Source of the DNA: Camelus ferus
Lineage: Eukaryota
Reading direction: 5' to 3'
Length of the DNA stretch: 64,000 nt
Assembly: GCF_009834535.1 (NCBI RefSeq)
Contig: NC_045707.1
Location: 63,428,001-63,492,000 of the forward strand
Shown: positions 61,306 through 64,000 of the stretch, in pieces
Layout of the letters: every line of letters begins with the position of its first letter
Position numbering within the stretch: position 1 is the first letter of the stretch
Program-made: the position numbers and the translations under genes
The notes under the pieces: generated by a model
Database searches by the model: none
What the model saw: the letters and a program-made list of their open reading frames with translations, nothing else
What the model was told of the DNA's origin: nothing

Positions 61306-64000
61306 TTTTTTCGGTTTCTCATCCATTGTTCTGTAAACTATATGTCAGGCTTCCTTCAGGGTCTTCTCTTTGCAACCTCAAGATGTGTTCTTTTGCAGAA
61401 GTTGGCTCTTGAGAATAGAAAGCTTTGAGTTTTAAAACTACCATCTCTCAGGTGGGCTCCGAGGATCTGTTTCAGAAGTCACAAACAGTGGCTGTTTCTT
61501 CCTCTCTGCCTTCCTGCTACCACAGTCCTCATTCTCCTGAAGGAGGAAAGCTCTGACTGGTCAGGAAATGGCCATACAGTCTGAACAGCAGCAAAGCAGA
61601 GCACAAAGAGGAATATTTCCAGATACAAACCACATCATGTTCACTCCCTTACTTCATTTCCCCTTTCCCTTAAGCACCCTCCTGTTGAGGGACGATTCCT
61701 TCATTGATATTCCTCCGAACCCTCATGACAAGGTTAGGAGGGTACTCATGGTTCTCTGTCAAGGACAGAGGGAAATGACCAGAGCCACAGGAGGCTCTCA
61801 GCCTCAGCCTGGTCCTACAAGGACCCCTGAGAAAGAAAATGAAGGCATTTTCACTAGCATACAAGGAATTGGGCCTAACCCATAATCAATCTTATTTATC
61901 TATGCAGTGACCCAAGGTGAGCACAGTTACTACTGAGACCCTATCCCATAAACGAAATCATCCAAAATGTCTTGCCTCACATGCTTGGGGTTTAAATCAA
62001 GCCACTTCTCATGGGCCGGGAAGAGAATGAAAAACGCCATATGATATCACTTATATATGGTATCAAAAAACAAAATAATAATAAGGACACAAATGAACCA
62101 TTTATTATTTGTAACTCAGATGACTGATTTCTTAAATATGCGTAAGCACATCTGACTGTCCTTTATGATTGGATTACCGCATTCTGTTGATTTTTATTTT
62201 GTGGTTGGCTTTATTCCTTTGATAACCGTGTAAGTTTAAAAAGCTAAAGCTCTAATCTGTTCTTAGAAACAATGATCAGTGCACATATGTAAACTAAAAA
62301 AAATCTGCAGTATATTGTATATGTGTACATACATGCAATATAATGTATATATGCAGTCAAACTATGATAATTCTACCTAATAAAAGCGGGAAAAAAATCA
62401 AGTCACTTCTAGAATATGCGATTTGAATGACTAACACCCTCAGCTTGCTACCTCGAGAATGCCTTCCTGTGATAAGCCCAGAACCTTTGGACTTACCCTT
62501 CCTAAAGAGCCCCCAGAAAGAAACTTGCAAATCTGTTCTCTGTTTCATTGACTGTGGCTGTTGCTGCGGCCCTGACGTCCCAGGGGAGCCAGGTGGTCCA
62601 GAAACCCGTTGCAGGGACCGAGGCCCACCCAGCCGTCCCAGGCACAGCGGTGTTGGCTCAGGCTGCAGGAGCAGGAGGCTTCTCCCCACAAATGTTACGA
62701 TCAGCTGGCACCCAGGCCTGAGAGCCCTGTAGCAGGTATGGGTTGGGAACCACCGTGAGCGAAAAACAGGAGCCAGGAGCCTTCTCCTCCATGTAACTAC
62801 TGCCCGCAGCTATGGAGGAACCATGAGGGGCTTGTCAGCATGACGACCTGGTGGTGACGCAGCGCTCCCAACTGAGACACACAGGAAGCCGTTTTCCTTG
62901 GGACACACCCTCCCAACAAGATACCTGGTGGAAAGGAGTTTTGAGCATCTTGTCACATCCACGTCCAGACCAGCCTCCCCACAACCTCAGAGAGGGATCG
63001 CTGTTACCCTTGGGGCCAAAGGGCCCATCAAGGTTTCTCTCTGGACCATCCCATAGGGCTGGATCCAAGGCGTGCTCCTTGGATAGCAAAGGAGTCCCTT
63101 CCATGATTGACGTCCAAGGGAGGAAAAGGTAAGAACGCTGAAGAGTCGGTGGTGGCCTTCACTCCAAGTCTGTCTTCAGGGACCCTGCTCCTCCCCGGGC
63201 CCCACCTCAACTCTCTTCCTGGCCAGTATCCCCAACCCCAGGCCCCAGAGCCAAAAGGGGCCTCCCCCTTCCTTCCACCCAGTCACCCTCACCTCAGAAT
63301 GACAGAAACTGTGTAAGACTGCTGCTTTCTGCCCTAGCACTCAACAGACAATCACATGATAGTCTGAAGTCGACTGTTTTCCCAAGACCCAGACCAGTAA
63401 GTTCTGCCCACTGTCACCTTATTACATGACACAGGAGCGACAGAATAAAAAGTAGATGAAAATATTCATTTAGGTCCCCTCCACTAAGGTATAAACGAGA
63501 AAACTGAAGCCCTCGGGATGCTGTCAGAGTGAGCACAAAGTCACTAGACTAAACCAGCCATTCCGCGTGCAAAAATATCACTGCCTGTCTGTGAGGAAAC
63601 TCCCCTTCAACGATATAATCCCTCGATATGGAGCTCACTCGTGCCTACAAAACACCTTACTGCTTTGTGCAAACTGCACTGGGGTGCCTAGAATTTTACC
63701 ACTGAAAACTTTACACAAACCCAAAGCGTGATTAACACATATCATTTGAACCATGACCAACCATACACTGGTGGGACAATTCACTAAGTTTTCTTTGTCT
63801 CTGTTTTGGTTTTGCCCTCGTATAGGTCAATGGGAAAGTCGAAGTCTTCATTTAAATTTCCCGTTACTTCGGGTGCACATGTCTCTGCTTCACACCGTTT
63901 CACTGTAGCCTATTTCATCGTAAATTACGGGTCCTATGAAGAGAGCTTTATTGCATTTCCCATTTGCTGTTGTTTGCACTTTGCTATCAATATTTTCCCA

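Noticed and set aside
60621..61412. Longest ORF (263 aa)
   Set aside because: It starts at GTG and runs through a (TGGT)n microsatellite and a MER5-like element; no recognisable domain.
1..64000. Inferring a host-gene direction from TE strand bias
   Set aside because: LTR elements are mostly minus while L1 3' ends are mostly plus; the signals conflict and no exons anchor a gene.
1..64000. CRISPR arrays, operons or prokaryotic defence systems
   Set aside because: The sequence is mammalian repeat-rich DNA, with no regularly spaced repeats or gene-dense coding regions.

Overview
Mammalian non-coding genomic DNA, probably camelid: there is a Vic-1-like tRNA-derived SINE at 55147 and a Tigger1 deletion derivative, and no Alu, B1 or Bov-A elements were seen. 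No host protein-coding gene, RNA gene or CRISPR array can be supported. The listed ORFs are chance ORFs or pieces of retroelement proteins. The window is mostly transposon fossils: L1 (three 5'-inverted copies, several with target-site duplications, TSDs), L2, MIR, MaLR/ERV-L LTRs, MER5, MER53 and Tigger1. Notable items are (i) a decayed retroviral env on the minus strand (~36000-36930) with furin-like site, fusion peptide, immunosuppressive-domain (ISD) remnant and TM anchor, joined through a polypurine tract (PPT) to a 431-bp LTR; (ii) an ancient, internally deleted ERV-L-type provirus (~45190-49800) with tRNA-Leu PBS and gag, protease, integrase and dUTPase remnants; (iii) a separate ERV-L pol fossil (~23030-24470); (iv) an old ~240-bp tandem duplication split by an inverted L1 with a probable 3' transduction; and (v) a perfect 18-bp-stem hairpin at 21843-21893. 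Repeat subfamily names come from recalled consensus motifs, not database searches, and most boundaries are approximate.
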